Shown here: positions 8,216 through 17,238 of the stretch, in pieces
How the letters are laid out: the number at the start of each line of letters is the position of its first letter
Numbering within the stretch: position 1 is the stretch's first letter
Source of the DNA: an uncultured Candidatus Saccharibacteria bacterium
Lineage (GTDB): Bacteria; Patescibacteriota; Minisyncoccia; Phycocordibacterales; Phycocordibacteraceae
Reading direction: 5' to 3'
Length of the DNA: 64,000 nucleotides
Assembly: GCA_964646315.1 (NCBI GenBank)
Contig: CAZYDN010000002.1
Span: forward strand, 962-64,961
The notes under the pieces: generated by a model
What the model saw: the letters and a program-made list of their open reading frames with translations, nothing else
What the model was told of the DNA's origin: nothing
Database searches by the model: none
Position numbers and translations under genes: made by a program

Positions 8216-10585
8216 ATGAAGGCAAGGCGGGGAATTGTTCTATTTGCGCTGGTAACAGTGGCATTTTTCTGTGGAGGGGCAACCCTTACGCATGCGCAGC
8301 TATCTCTCACTAGTGGAAGTAATGCCACCACCACCCCGAGTGTCGCCACCTCCATTACGGGCTTTCAGATTGTGGGAGACGCTGCTTCAACTACACCGGT
8401 GAAGCTCTACACCACAAGCGGCACGCTCACCATGACGACCACGACGGGTCTTACCTTTGATGGAAGCTCGTCTGGTTCGGTTATTTACTTTAGTGGTACG
8501 GTCGCAAACATTAACGCGGCATTAGCCACGCTTAAGTATTCACGCGCAAGTACTGGTACCGACACGCTCGAGGTATCTCTGGTAAACAACGGCGAAGTTT
8601 TCTTTACTACAAACAATCACCTTTATAAATTTATTACCGGTAGTTACAACTGGAGTGCTGCCAAGACTGCGGCTGAGGGTCTTTCTGCATATGGAGCTGC
8701 AGGATACCTCGCCACCATTACCTCAGATGCAGAGAATACTTTTGTCTCGGGGCGTCTCACGGGCGACGGATGGATAGGAGCGAGTGACTCCGGAACTGAA
8801 GGTACCTGGAAATGGGTAACGGGCCCAGAAGCAAACACCTCGTTCTGGCAGGGTACTGGAGGCGGAAGCACAGTGGGCGGAAACTACGCTCACTGGGCTA
8901 GTGGGGAGCCTAATCAGGCTGGGGAAGAGGACTGTGCGGAAACGTATGTCTCGAGTGGTACCTGGAATGATTTCCCTTGCTCTGCGACACTCGGGTATGT
9001 TGTTGAGTACGGGACCCCAAGCGCATTGCCAACGGTTGTTGCTCGTAATATTTCAGTTGTAACTGCGGACGTGCCGGCAATTACCACGCTCTCGCCAGCA
9101 AACGCCGCTACAAGTGTTAGCAGTACTGCTAATTTGGTTATCGGTTTTAGTAAGTCAGTGACTGCGGGGACGGGGAATATCACTATTAAAAAATCTTCCG
9201 ATGATAGTATTTTTGAAACTATTGACGTAACGGGCGGTCAGGTCACGGGAGGGGGATCAAGTTCAATCACCATAAACCCAACGGGAACATTCGCGGACAA
9301 TACACAATATTATGTACTCGTGCCATCGACTGCATTTAAGGATGGTTCAAACAACTATTTTGATGGTATATCAGCTACAACTACGTGGACATTTACCTCC
9401 GGTGACTTTACTGCGCCAAGCATTAGCTCCGTCACCGCAAGCTCTACAGCCTCTGCTACCGCACAAGTTGCCTGGACCACAAATGAACTCGCCTCATCAA
9501 AGGTTAGCTACGGACCAACTTCTTCGTACGGAACCACCACTACCATTTCTGATACCTCTCCTCGGGTGCTTTCACATACGGTGTCTCTTTCCCGTCTGCT
9601 TGCTTGTACTACGTACCATTACGCAGTGGTCTCTGCAGATGCGTCCTCTAATATTGCTACCTCTACCGACGGCACGTTTATTACAAGTGGGTGCGTGGCA
9701 AGTACTACTCCAACAGCAGCTACTTCTACAAACGTTACCACTAGTAGTGGTGGGTCCACTACGCTCACAAACAGCAATGCCACTATTACGGTGAGTGCTC
9801 CTAGTAACTTCACCGCAACAACTAGCTCAGTAGTCATTCAAGTGCAAGCGATTCCCCAGGCGGACATTGTGGGGACTGTAGGTACACCTGCTTCAGGAGT
9901 TACAAAGGTTGGAACAATTGTGTTTGACGTGAAGGCAATCATCGATTCGAGCACCGTGCTTGATTCGTTTGACGCTCCAGTCACTATTACCTACACCTAT
10001 ACCGATGCAGACATTGCGGGTCTCGATGAGTCCAGCTTAACGCTCTATCACTACCACAACAGTGCATGGATAGAGCTTGATAGCTGTACCGTAACAGCGA
10101 GTACCAATACTATTTCCTGCACAACTCCTAATTTCTCCATTTTCTCTCTGTATGGACAGCCACTCTCGACTGCAAGTACCCGGGGGCGCAGTACCAGTAT
10201 CGCAACAGTATTTGGATGCAAAGATGTAACGGCGGCTAACTACAATTATTTCTCTGTCAGTAAGCCCTCACTATGTGTGTATGCACGCACCGCTACAGCA
10301 TCTGCACCTGTAACATCTGCGAGCATTTTTACTCGTGATTTGAAGACGGGAAGTTCAGGAACCGACGTGCGTGCACTTCAGCAGTTTCTTAATACTCACG
10401 GGTATCCTGTAGCACTGAAGGGGGCAGGGTCTCTAGGAAATGAAACCACTACCTTTGGAGCGCTCACTCGTGATGCTCTAGCGAAGTTTCAGGCTGCAAA
10501 CAAAATTGCACCAACGCAAGGATATTTCGGTCCACTTACTCGTTCTAAAATAGTGGGAATTTTTACTGTTGCGAATGCCCGCTAG
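8216..10585 (+). CDS. Ser/Thr-rich surface protein: C-type lectin, Ig-like, FN3-like and peptidoglycan-binding domains
   Basis: GYLATITSDAEN, WIGASD, WASGEPN, EDC, WND; LVIGFSKSV Ig-like; WTTNE..S.V.YG; C-terminal LKTGSSGTDVRALQQFLN...GYFGPLTR. Confidence 0.85.
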   Translation: MKARRGIVLFALVTVAFFCGGATLTHAQLSLTSGSNATTTPSVATSITGFQIVGDAASTTPVKLYTTSGTLTMTTTTGLTFDGSSSGSVIYFSGTVANINAALATLKYSRASTGTDTLEVSLVNNGEVFFTTNNHLYKFITGSYNWSAAKTAAEGLSAYGAAGYLATITSDAENTFVSGRLTGDGWIGASDSGTEGTWKWVTGPEANTSFWQGTGGGSTVGGNYAHWASGEPNQAGEEDCAETYVSSGTWNDFPCSATLGYVVEYGTPSALPTVVARNISVVTADVPAITTLSPANAATSVSSTANLVIGFSKSVTAGTGNITIKKSSDDSIFETIDVTGGQVTGGGSSSITINPTGTFADNTQYYVLVPSTAFKDGSNNYFDGISATTTWTFTSGDFTAPSISSVTASSTASATAQVAWTTNELASSKVSYGPTSSYGTTTTISDTSPRVLSHTVSLSRLLACTTYHYAVVSADASSNIATSTDGTFITSGCVASTTPTAATSTNVTTSSGGSTTLTNSNATITVSAPSNFTATTSSVVIQVQAIPQADIVGTVGTPASGVTKVGTIVFDVKAIIDSSTVLDSFDAPVTITYTYTDADIAGLDESSLTLYHYHNSAWIELDSCTVTASTNTISCTTPNFSIFSLYGQPLSTASTRGRSTSIATVFGCKDVTAANYNYFSVSKPSLCVYARTATASAPVTSASIFTRDLKTGSSGTDVRALQQFLNTHGYPVALKGAGSLGNETTTFGALTRDALAKFQAANKIAPTQGYFGPLTRSKIVGIFTVANAR

Positions 10586-10636
10586 TTTTTAGCTTTATGA
10601 CATCTTCATGTGGAAGGTGATAAGGTAAAAATATCT

Positions 10637-11209
10637 ATGAACATAACAAACATGATACTCGTGGTGGTTGCAGTGGCCGTGCTCGCGTACGGTGCCTGGT
10701 TTGTAACACTTCGTCCAAAGAGTGCTACTCCCACCCCGGTGGTCCCTGTGGCGGTACTTTCGTTTGAGGAGTGTCTGCGTGCCGGGTATCCGGTTATGGA
10801 AAGCAACCCTCGCCAGTGTAAGACTCCTGACGGACGGACCTATGCAGAGGAACTACCTGTAGAGGCTACGTATGTGAACGCGAGCGCGGAAGCTATTACT
10901 ATAGAGAACCCTTTTCCTGGTGCAGTTACCGGAAAGAGCTTTACGGTGATGGGGAAGGCTCGCGGAATGTGGTATTTCGAAGCGTCTTTTCCTATTGAGC
11001 TGCGCGACCAAAATGGAAAAGTTATCGCTACAGGAATAGCACAGGCCCAGGGCGACTGGATGACTACGGAATTTGTACCTTACAAAGCCCAGATTTCTGC
11101 CCCTAATTCTTATATGGGTGCCGCTACTCTCGTGCTCAAGAAAGATAATCCTTCGGGACTTCCTGATAAGGATGCTTCCATGTTGGTACCTATAACGATC
11201 GAATATTAG
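10637..11209 (+). CDS. Gmad2 immunoglobulin-like domain protein
   Basis: SFEEC..AGYPVMESNPRQC, GKARGMWYFEASFPI, KDNPSG. Confidence 0.85.
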   Translation: MNITNMILVVVAVAVLAYGAWFVTLRPKSATPTPVVPVAVLSFEECLRAGYPVMESNPRQCKTPDGRTYAEELPVEATYVNASAEAITIENPFPGAVTGKSFTVMGKARGMWYFEASFPIELRDQNGKVIATGIAQAQGDWMTTEFVPYKAQISAPNSYMGAATLVLKKDNPSGLPDKDASMLVPITIEY

Positions 11210-11303
11210 GGCTCCATTACAACGTCTTTGGGCGGGTGAGGAGTGATATTGCTTTTTGCAAACAGTATGATATAATTAACATACTAACTCAATCATACTC
11301 ACC

Positions 11304-11858
11304 ATGTCCGAATTCAAGAAGAAATTTAGTAGAGACAGCAAGCCAGGCGGATTTTCCCGTGGTGGCGCTAGTCGCTCAAACTTTGGTGGTGACCGACGCC
11401 AAGACAGTCGTGGATTTGATGCTCCAAAGGAGCTCTACAAGACTTCGTGTGCAAAGTGCCAGAACGCTTGTGAGGTACCATTCCGTCCAAACGGTATGAA
11501 GCCGGTGTACTGCAAAGATTGTTTCGTGCGTGACGACGAGCGTTCTCCTCGCGACTCCTTCCAGAAGAAGAGTTTCGGAAACGACCGTCCTTCATACGGA
11601 AACGATCGTGCACCTGCTCGTGCGGCTGCACCAGTGGAGGATTACCGTATCGGTGCAATCCTTAAGGAGCTTCAAGCAGTTCATGCGAAAATTGAACACC
11701 TAAGTGCACAGCTCTCAAACACCGCATACTCTTCGATTCTTTCTGGCTCTACGGAGAAATCAAAAAAGGAGGAAGTCAAGGAAGTAAAAAAGGCACCCGC
11801 TGCAAAGAAAGAAGTAAAAATTGCTAAGGTAGCAAAGAAAGTTTCCAAGAAAAAGTAA
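11304..11858 (+). CDS. CxxC-x17-CxxC domain protein
   Basis: CAKC..CEVPFRP..KPVYCKDCF; RG-rich N-terminus, Lys-rich tail. Confidence 0.9.
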   Translation: MSEFKKKFSRDSKPGGFSRGGASRSNFGGDRRQDSRGFDAPKELYKTSCAKCQNACEVPFRPNGMKPVYCKDCFVRDDERSPRDSFQKKSFGNDRPSYGNDRAPARAAAPVEDYRIGAILKELQAVHAKIEHLSAQLSNTAYSSILSGSTEKSKKEEVKEVKKAPAAKKEVKIAKVAKKVSKKK

Positions 11859-11870
11859 GAAGAAATTGCA

Positions 11871-11903
11871 ACGTAAAAAGGCCTCTCTGAGGCCTTTTTA
11901 CGT
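11871..11903 (+). terminator. Intrinsic terminator
   Basis: ACGTAAAAAGGCCTC-TCT-GAGGCCTTTTTACGT. Confidence 0.85.
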
Positions 11904-11936
11904 ATATACGACAGAACCAGGTCCAATGGGTAACAT

Positions 11937-11965
11937 TTGACTAAACCAATATACCTATATATAAT
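11937..11965 (+). promoter_or_regulatory. Near-consensus sigma70 promoter
   Basis: TTGACT-17 bp-TATAAT. Confidence 0.8.
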
Positions 11966-11992
11966 AATAGCAGGTGTTAGAAGGGAAAAATC

Positions 11993-12154
11993 ATGGGTAT
12001 TTTTTCGGCCGGCCCTTTGGGGGCAGTTGTCGGACTCCTTGCCATCGGCGTCTTCGTTGGCGGTGGACTCGCGTGGACGATTCGAGGAGGTTGGATGCGC
12101 CAGCCCAAAAAGAAGAAAACGGGCAGATTCACCATGTTTCCAGCCAACGACTGA
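11993..12154 (+). CDS. 53-aa single-TM small protein (not in ORF track)
   Basis: MGIFSAGPLGAVVGLLAIGVFVGGGLAWTIRGGWMRQPKKKKTGRFTMFPAND; SD AGAAGGGA; own promoter; hairpin 12166-12200. Confidence 0.65.
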   Translation: MGIFSAGPLGAVVGLLAIGVFVGGGLAWTIRGGWMRQPKKKKTGRFTMFPAND

Positions 12155-12252
12155 GGTGCTCTAACGGGGCCGGGGTGATATACACCCCGGCCCAACTTTT
12201 ATACTCTTTACCACTCTGCAAATTGGGTTTCCAGGTGAGATATACTATAGGT

Positions 12253-13047
12253 ATGGAAGCACTATACATATCTCTCGGTCTATTGTTTTGCTACATGTGT
12301 GTGGCATTTGGTATTTCACTTATTCGCAGGGATAACGGCACTGCCGATATTGCGTATGGGTGGGGTTTTGCGCTCCTTGCGTGGACTACCTATCTATTCG
12401 GCACACAAAGCGTTATTGGTTTTATCGTGAGCGTTCTTGCCTCGGTGTGGGCACTGAGACTCTCACTTCGTATATTTTTACGCAGTCGAGGAAAGCCAGA
12501 AGATTTTAGATATGCGAAGTGGAGGGCACAGTGGGGTAGGCACTTCGCGGTACGGAGTTTCTTGCAGGTGTATATGTTGCAGGGTGCCGTCATAGCCGTC
12601 GTTGCGCTTCCGGTAACACTGCTTAACGTATATGGAGGAGAGGTGGGGCTGGGAACCGCGGGCATGATAGGACTTTCCTTGTGGATAATTGGATTTCTTT
12701 TTGAAACAATCGGAGACGCCCAATTAGGAAAATTTATGAAGGACTCGGCAAATAAGGGTCATGTCATGAGTAAGGGTCTGTGGCGATTTACTCGCCACCC
12801 CAACTATTTTGGCGAGTCACTTATGTGGTGGGCGCTTTCGCTCGTTGCCTATGACACGCTCATACTTACCGCAGGATTGCCCCTTGCTCTCGTGCCCTTT
12901 GTTGGGGCGATGCTCATTACGTTCTTGCTTTTGAAAGTGTCGGGCGTACCTCTTCTTGAGGCTCGCTTTGCAGGGAACCCTGAGTGGGAAGCGTACAAGA
13001 GGCGAACCAGTGTGTTTATTCCACTTCCACCTTCTCGCAAAAAATAG
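12253..13047 (+). CDS. DUF1295 family membrane protein
   Basis: EDFRY, GDAQL, GLWRFTRHPNYFGE; start ATG 12253 after TATACT 12241-12246. Confidence 0.9.
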   Translation: MEALYISLGLLFCYMCVAFGISLIRRDNGTADIAYGWGFALLAWTTYLFGTQSVIGFIVSVLASVWALRLSLRIFLRSRGKPEDFRYAKWRAQWGRHFAVRSFLQVYMLQGAVIAVVALPVTLLNVYGGEVGLGTAGMIGLSLWIIGFLFETIGDAQLGKFMKDSANKGHVMSKGLWRFTRHPNYFGESLMWWALSLVAYDTLILTAGLPLALVPFVGAMLITFLLLKVSGVPLLEARFAGNPEWEAYKRRTSVFIPLPPSRKK

Positions 13048-13058
13048 CCTCTTAGTCT

Positions 13059-13445
13059 ATGAATATGAAAACAAACACAGGATTACTGATTGTATTGCTG
13101 GTAGTGGTAAGTGCGGGTATGGGGTATCTGGTGGGGTCTAGTACTCCTCGAACAACTGTACATAAGATGTCCGACGGAAGGGAAATGACTGATACGTCTA
13201 TGTCCATGCATGACGAAATGGCAGGTATGATGAGTAGTCTCTCGGGCAAGGAAGGTGATGAGCTTGATAAGGCATTCCTAGCGGAGATGATTGTCCATCA
13301 CGAAGGCGCGGTCGACATGGCAAAAGCGGTGCTAGCAAAAGGGAAGCATCCTGAGCTTCAAAAAATGGCAACTGACATTATCGAAGCACAGACAAAGGAA
13401 ATCGCCCAGATGAAGGAGTGGCAAACAGCTTGGTACAAACAGTAA
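13059..13445 (+). CDS. DUF305 family protein
   Basis: DKAFLAEMIVHHEGAVDMA, IIEAQTKEIAQM. Confidence 0.9.
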   Translation: MNMKTNTGLLIVLLVVVSAGMGYLVGSSTPRTTVHKMSDGREMTDTSMSMHDEMAGMMSSLSGKEGDELDKAFLAEMIVHHEGAVDMAKAVLAKGKHPELQKMATDIIEAQTKEIAQMKEWQTAWYKQ

Positions 13446-13517
13446 ATGTAGAAGCCACAGCAGAAAACGCGCTCTGTCCGGGCGCGTTTTCTGCTGTCCT
13501 GATAGAATAGACAGAAT

Positions 13518-14903
13518 ATGCTTCCCAATCATTCCCCCTGGATTTCCCAATTGAACAGAACGCGCCCCGTCACTCCTCTTGAAGAAGATCTTGTTGCTGA
13601 TGTGGTAATTGTGGGCGGAGGTATTGCGGGAATAATGACTGCGTTTTTCACGCTTCGCGATACCGACCACGCAGTACTACTACTTGAGGCTGATAAAATA
13701 GCGCACGGCGCAACCGGACACAATGCCGGACAACTCGCCACCTACTTTGAACGATCGTTTGCAACACTAGTACAAGAATTTGGACTTACCCTGGCTTCAG
13801 ACGGGCAACGTGCAGTCGAGGACGCTTGGGGACTTCTCGACGAAGTGGTACGTCATGCGAAGCTCTCTACGCCTATTCACCGTTTTACCGGATACGCAGG
13901 AGTGAGTACACTTCCGCAACTCATAGAACATCTTGAAGATACCCGGTTGCGTGTAATTGGCGGTCTCGCTCCGGAGCGAACTATTGTATCGCGAGAGTGG
14001 AGTGAGGTTTCATCCATTCCTTCTCAATTTGAAGGACTATACGAGCTCGGTAGTAGGGATGATGTACTCACGCTTCTTGAGACGCCCCAAAGTGAATATG
14101 TGGCGGCTATAGCTTCTCAAAAGGGATGTGCAAACAGCGCTCTCCTTAGTGAAGAAATTACGGGATATTTACTCGCAACCTACAAAGAGCGATTCAGACT
14201 TCACGAGGGAACTGCCGTAACGGATGTTCGTTTGAAGGAAAAGGGCGCTACGCTCACTGCGATGGGAAAGACTATTAGTGCTTCGCGTGTGGTTCTTGCA
14301 ACTAACGGGTTTGAAAATTTCACTATTTATAACGAACAGGGTTCGGATATAAATACTGCATTTCATCACGAAGTACGCGGACGAATAGGATATATGGCGG
14401 GATACTTGGAACCACGCGCCACTGCTGCTACCGCAATCAGTTACTATCCTCGACCCGCACACATACAAAAGGACCCTACCGGGGATCCGTATTTCTATTT
14501 AACCCGCAGACCTCACGAACACGAGGGAAGTGATGCTTGGAGTCTGGTTTGTGCGGGGGGTCCAGATAAAGTGCTCCCAAATCTTGCTCTCTACTCACGT
14601 ACCCATGGATGCGACGAAGAAATGAAAGAAGAAATTCATGACTTTCTAAGAAAAGGGTACCGACTCTACACTGCAGAAAATACAGACCACTCATTTTGTT
14701 GGCATGGTTTGATGGGATACACCCCTAACCGAGTGAGACGGGTGGGTGTAGAACCTCTCCATCCAGCACTCCTTTATAATCTTGGTTGCAATGGTGTTGG
14801 ACTACTTCCATCCATCATGGGAGGTGCTCGTGTTGCCCAAATTCTAGGTGGAAAGGTGCTCCCACCTTCAATATTTGACCCACTCTCTCATCCAAAAATG
14901 TAG
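13518..14903 (+). CDS. FAD-dependent oxidoreductase (DAO family)
   Basis: VIVGGGIAG, GATGHNAG, WHGLMGYT, GCNGVG. Confidence 0.85.
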   Translation: MLPNHSPWISQLNRTRPVTPLEEDLVADVVIVGGGIAGIMTAFFTLRDTDHAVLLLEADKIAHGATGHNAGQLATYFERSFATLVQEFGLTLASDGQRAVEDAWGLLDEVVRHAKLSTPIHRFTGYAGVSTLPQLIEHLEDTRLRVIGGLAPERTIVSREWSEVSSIPSQFEGLYELGSRDDVLTLLETPQSEYVAAIASQKGCANSALLSEEITGYLLATYKERFRLHEGTAVTDVRLKEKGATLTAMGKTISASRVVLATNGFENFTIYNEQGSDINTAFHHEVRGRIGYMAGYLEPRATAATAISYYPRPAHIQKDPTGDPYFYLTRRPHEHEGSDAWSLVCAGGPDKVLPNLALYSRTHGCDEEMKEEIHDFLRKGYRLYTAENTDHSFCWHGLMGYTPNRVRRVGVEPLHPALLYNLGCNGVGLLPSIMGGARVAQILGGKVLPPSIFDPLSHPKM

Positions 14904-14968
14904 TGTATAACTCGTAGTATGAAGAAATCAGGTGGTATCGTTACGGTATACCTACTTAATTAATCTGT

Positions 14969-15355
14969 ATGCTCGAAGTATTCATTGCAAAGCTGTTCGG
15001 TCTCTACCTCATCATCATGGGTGTACTCGTGCTCACGAAGAAGAAGTCAGTCATGCCAGCAGTTATGGATCTGGTGAAGAACCGTGCACTCACGATTGTT
15101 CTTGGAACACTCTCACTTGTCGCAGGTCTTGCCGTTGTGCTTGCCTTCCAGGATGTATCAATGACTCCTACCGGACTCATTTCCCTTATCGGATACATGA
15201 TGGTAGTAGAAGGTATTATCTACCTCGCACTCCCTGTAAAGAGCGTTCAGAAGATGGTTCGCTCTTTCGGAAATAAGCAGTGGTTTATGGTGAGCGGTAT
15301 CGTAGCAGTACTCGCAGGTATCTACCTCGCAGGTTTCGGCTTCGGACTCTTTTAA
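14969..15355 (+). CDS. Hypothetical 4-TM membrane protein
   Basis: Four hydrophobic helices; terminator hairpin about 15372-15404. Confidence 0.75.
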   Translation: MLEVFIAKLFGLYLIIMGVLVLTKKKSVMPAVMDLVKNRALTIVLGTLSLVAGLAVVLAFQDVSMTPTGLISLIGYMMVVEGIIYLALPVKSVQKMVRSFGNKQWFMVSGIVAVLAGIYLAGFGFGLF

Positions 15356-15487
15356 GCGTACGCTTCTCCTCATAGTAAAAGCGCCCGAGAGGGCGCTTTT
15401 ACTATTGTGTGCGTTACATGCAAGAAATGAGCTATTCACTGCGTACTATAAGAGGCAGAATCTGTTACACTACAAAAACACTTTTTT

Positions 15488-15931
15488 ATGAAGCACTCAT
15501 ATCTCTTTCCTGTGGCGCTTGCCGTGGTCGCTCTCATATTGGGCGCTGTCTATATGACCACTTCCTCAACACCAACGGACAGGGTTTCATTACCCGCACC
15601 GGAAGTATCGGTACCCCAAGCGAACGTGCCCGAGCCAGGCGACACCTCAAAATCTCCAACTCCTACGACCACGGTTGAACCCACACCTACAGTAACGGGT
15701 ATGTACTCCATGACTGACATTGCCACGCATGCCTCTGCTCAGAGTTGTTGGACGACCATTAACGGGAATGTGTACGACGTTACTGCTTGGATAGCCAAAC
15801 ATCCCGGAGGTGCATCTGCCATTCTTTCGCTTTGCGGCACAGACGGCTCAGCATCTTTTAGTGGGCAGCATGGTGGGCAACGCCGCCCTGAAGCTGAGCT
15901 TGCAAGTTTCAAAATCGGAACACTTAAATAG
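15488..15931 (+). CDS. Membrane-anchored cytochrome b5-like heme/steroid-binding protein
   Basis: SCWTTINGNVYDVT, HPGG, CGTDGS, QHG. Confidence 0.9.
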   Translation: MKHSYLFPVALAVVALILGAVYMTTSSTPTDRVSLPAPEVSVPQANVPEPGDTSKSPTPTTTVEPTPTVTGMYSMTDIATHASAQSCWTTINGNVYDVTAWIAKHPGGASAILSLCGTDGSASFSGQHGGQRRPEAELASFKIGTLK

Positions 15932-15936
15932 TTACC

Positions 15937-16350
15937 ATGATTATCTTGCATATACTTGCGATATCGGTGACCGGTCTTACGGTGCTGTATTCGGACGAAC
16001 AGGGGCTCATGTGGATGCTCGGTAAGAAGGAATTACTTGATGCGAAGCGAATTGAACTATTGCACACGATAGTAAGTATTGGTCTTGCTCTCGTTATTCT
16101 TACGGGTGGACTTATGGCGCTGCGAGGACTTACGTACTACCTTCAGAATCCGGTATTCCTGATTAAGATGGGCTTTGTCTTCGTGCTCATTGTGAATGGT
16201 TTGTTTATTGGAAAAATTGCTTCACTAGCGACAACCCGTAGCTTCGCCTCACTTACGTCTCGCGAGCGTTTGCCTCTACTGGTAAGTGGCGCAGCATCAG
16301 TTATGGGATGGGCAGGAGCACTCCTTGCTGGTCTTCTTTTGGGTGGCTAG
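15937..16350 (+). CDS. 4-TM membrane protein
   Basis: His in TM1 and TM2; FLIKM..V..LIVNG. Confidence 0.7.
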   Translation: MIILHILAISVTGLTVLYSDEQGLMWMLGKKELLDAKRIELLHTIVSIGLALVILTGGLMALRGLTYYLQNPVFLIKMGFVFVLIVNGLFIGKIASLATTRSFASLTSRERLPLLVSGAASVMGWAGALLAGLLLGG

Positions 16351-16365
16351 TGCTAGGATAGTGGT

Positions 16366-16788
16366 ATGTGGATTATCTACGCTTCAGGCTCCGCAGTAGC
16401 TGCAGCTGCCGTCGCCATCTTTGGAAAAATTGGCCTTAAGGATATTGATCCTACCCTCGCCACTATTATTCGGGGTGTAGTAATGGCAGTTATTCTTGTG
16501 GCTGCAGGATTCTTATTTCGCAAATTTGAGGGCTTTAATCCGGCCTTAGTGGGTACACGGGCCTGGGTCTTCATCTTCCTTTCAGCACTTGCCGGTGCAT
16601 CATCATGGGTGTTGTACTTTATGGCGCTTAAGATAGGTCCGGCAAGTGCGGTGGCTGTGCTCGATAAGATGAGTGTCGTACTCATTATTATCTTTGCGGC
16701 CGCATTCTTAGGTGAAGCACTGACTGTGCGAAGTGTGCTCGGTATTATTCTTACCGTAGCAGGTACACTCTTACTATTGTTTAAGTAA
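16366..16788 (+). CDS. EamA/DMT family transporter
   Basis: IFGKIGL, SWVLYFMALK, LDKMSVV, FLGE. Confidence 0.9.
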   Translation: MWIIYASGSAVAAAAVAIFGKIGLKDIDPTLATIIRGVVMAVILVAAGFLFRKFEGFNPALVGTRAWVFIFLSALAGASSWVLYFMALKIGPASAVAVLDKMSVVLIIIFAAAFLGEALTVRSVLGIILTVAGTLLLLFK

Positions 16789-16799
16789 CCCTTATTTAT

Positions 16800-17198
16800 A
16801 TGACTGGATATACAGGAAACATTGAAGAAGAAGCTCTAGAAAACGAAGCGTTTCGCAAAGTGCTGTATACCTCTGCGTATATGCAACTTGTCGTCATGTC
16901 TATTCCTGCAGGAGACGACATTGGTGAGGAGACCCACGGACAGGATCAGTTCATTCGTGTTGAGGAGGGAGAAGGGAAGGCGGTGCTCGATGGAGTTGAG
17001 CACGTACTTTCTGACGGGTATGCGGTGGTTATTCCTGCAAGCACGCTCCATAACATCATCAATACCTCTACCAGTGAGCCTCTGAAGCTTTATTCGCTCT
17101 ACGCTCCTCCTCATCACGCAGACGGCACCATACATGCCACAAAGGCCGAAGCAGAGGCTGATCACGAAGAATACCTGGGTGACGTAACGGAGGGATAA
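16800..17198 (+). CDS. Cupin domain protein
   Basis: QLVVMSI..IGEETH..DQFIRVEEG, HNIIN, LYAPPHH. Confidence 0.9.
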   Translation: MTGYTGNIEEEALENEAFRKVLYTSAYMQLVVMSIPAGDDIGEETHGQDQFIRVEEGEGKAVLDGVEHVLSDGYAVVIPASTLHNIINTSTSEPLKLYSLYAPPHHADGTIHATKAEAEADHEEYLGDVTEG

Positions 17199-17238
17199 CT
17201 CACTATAGTGAAGACTCTCCGCCGTATACTGGAGAGAC

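Noticed and set aside
11976-12165. Integron cassette signature (GTTAGA...TCTAAC) around the 53-aa ORF
   Set aside because: Only 6 bp complementary, no full attC and no integrase
11974-12252. N-terminal extension of the DUF1295 ORF
   Set aside because: Runs through another ORF and a terminator; real start is 12253
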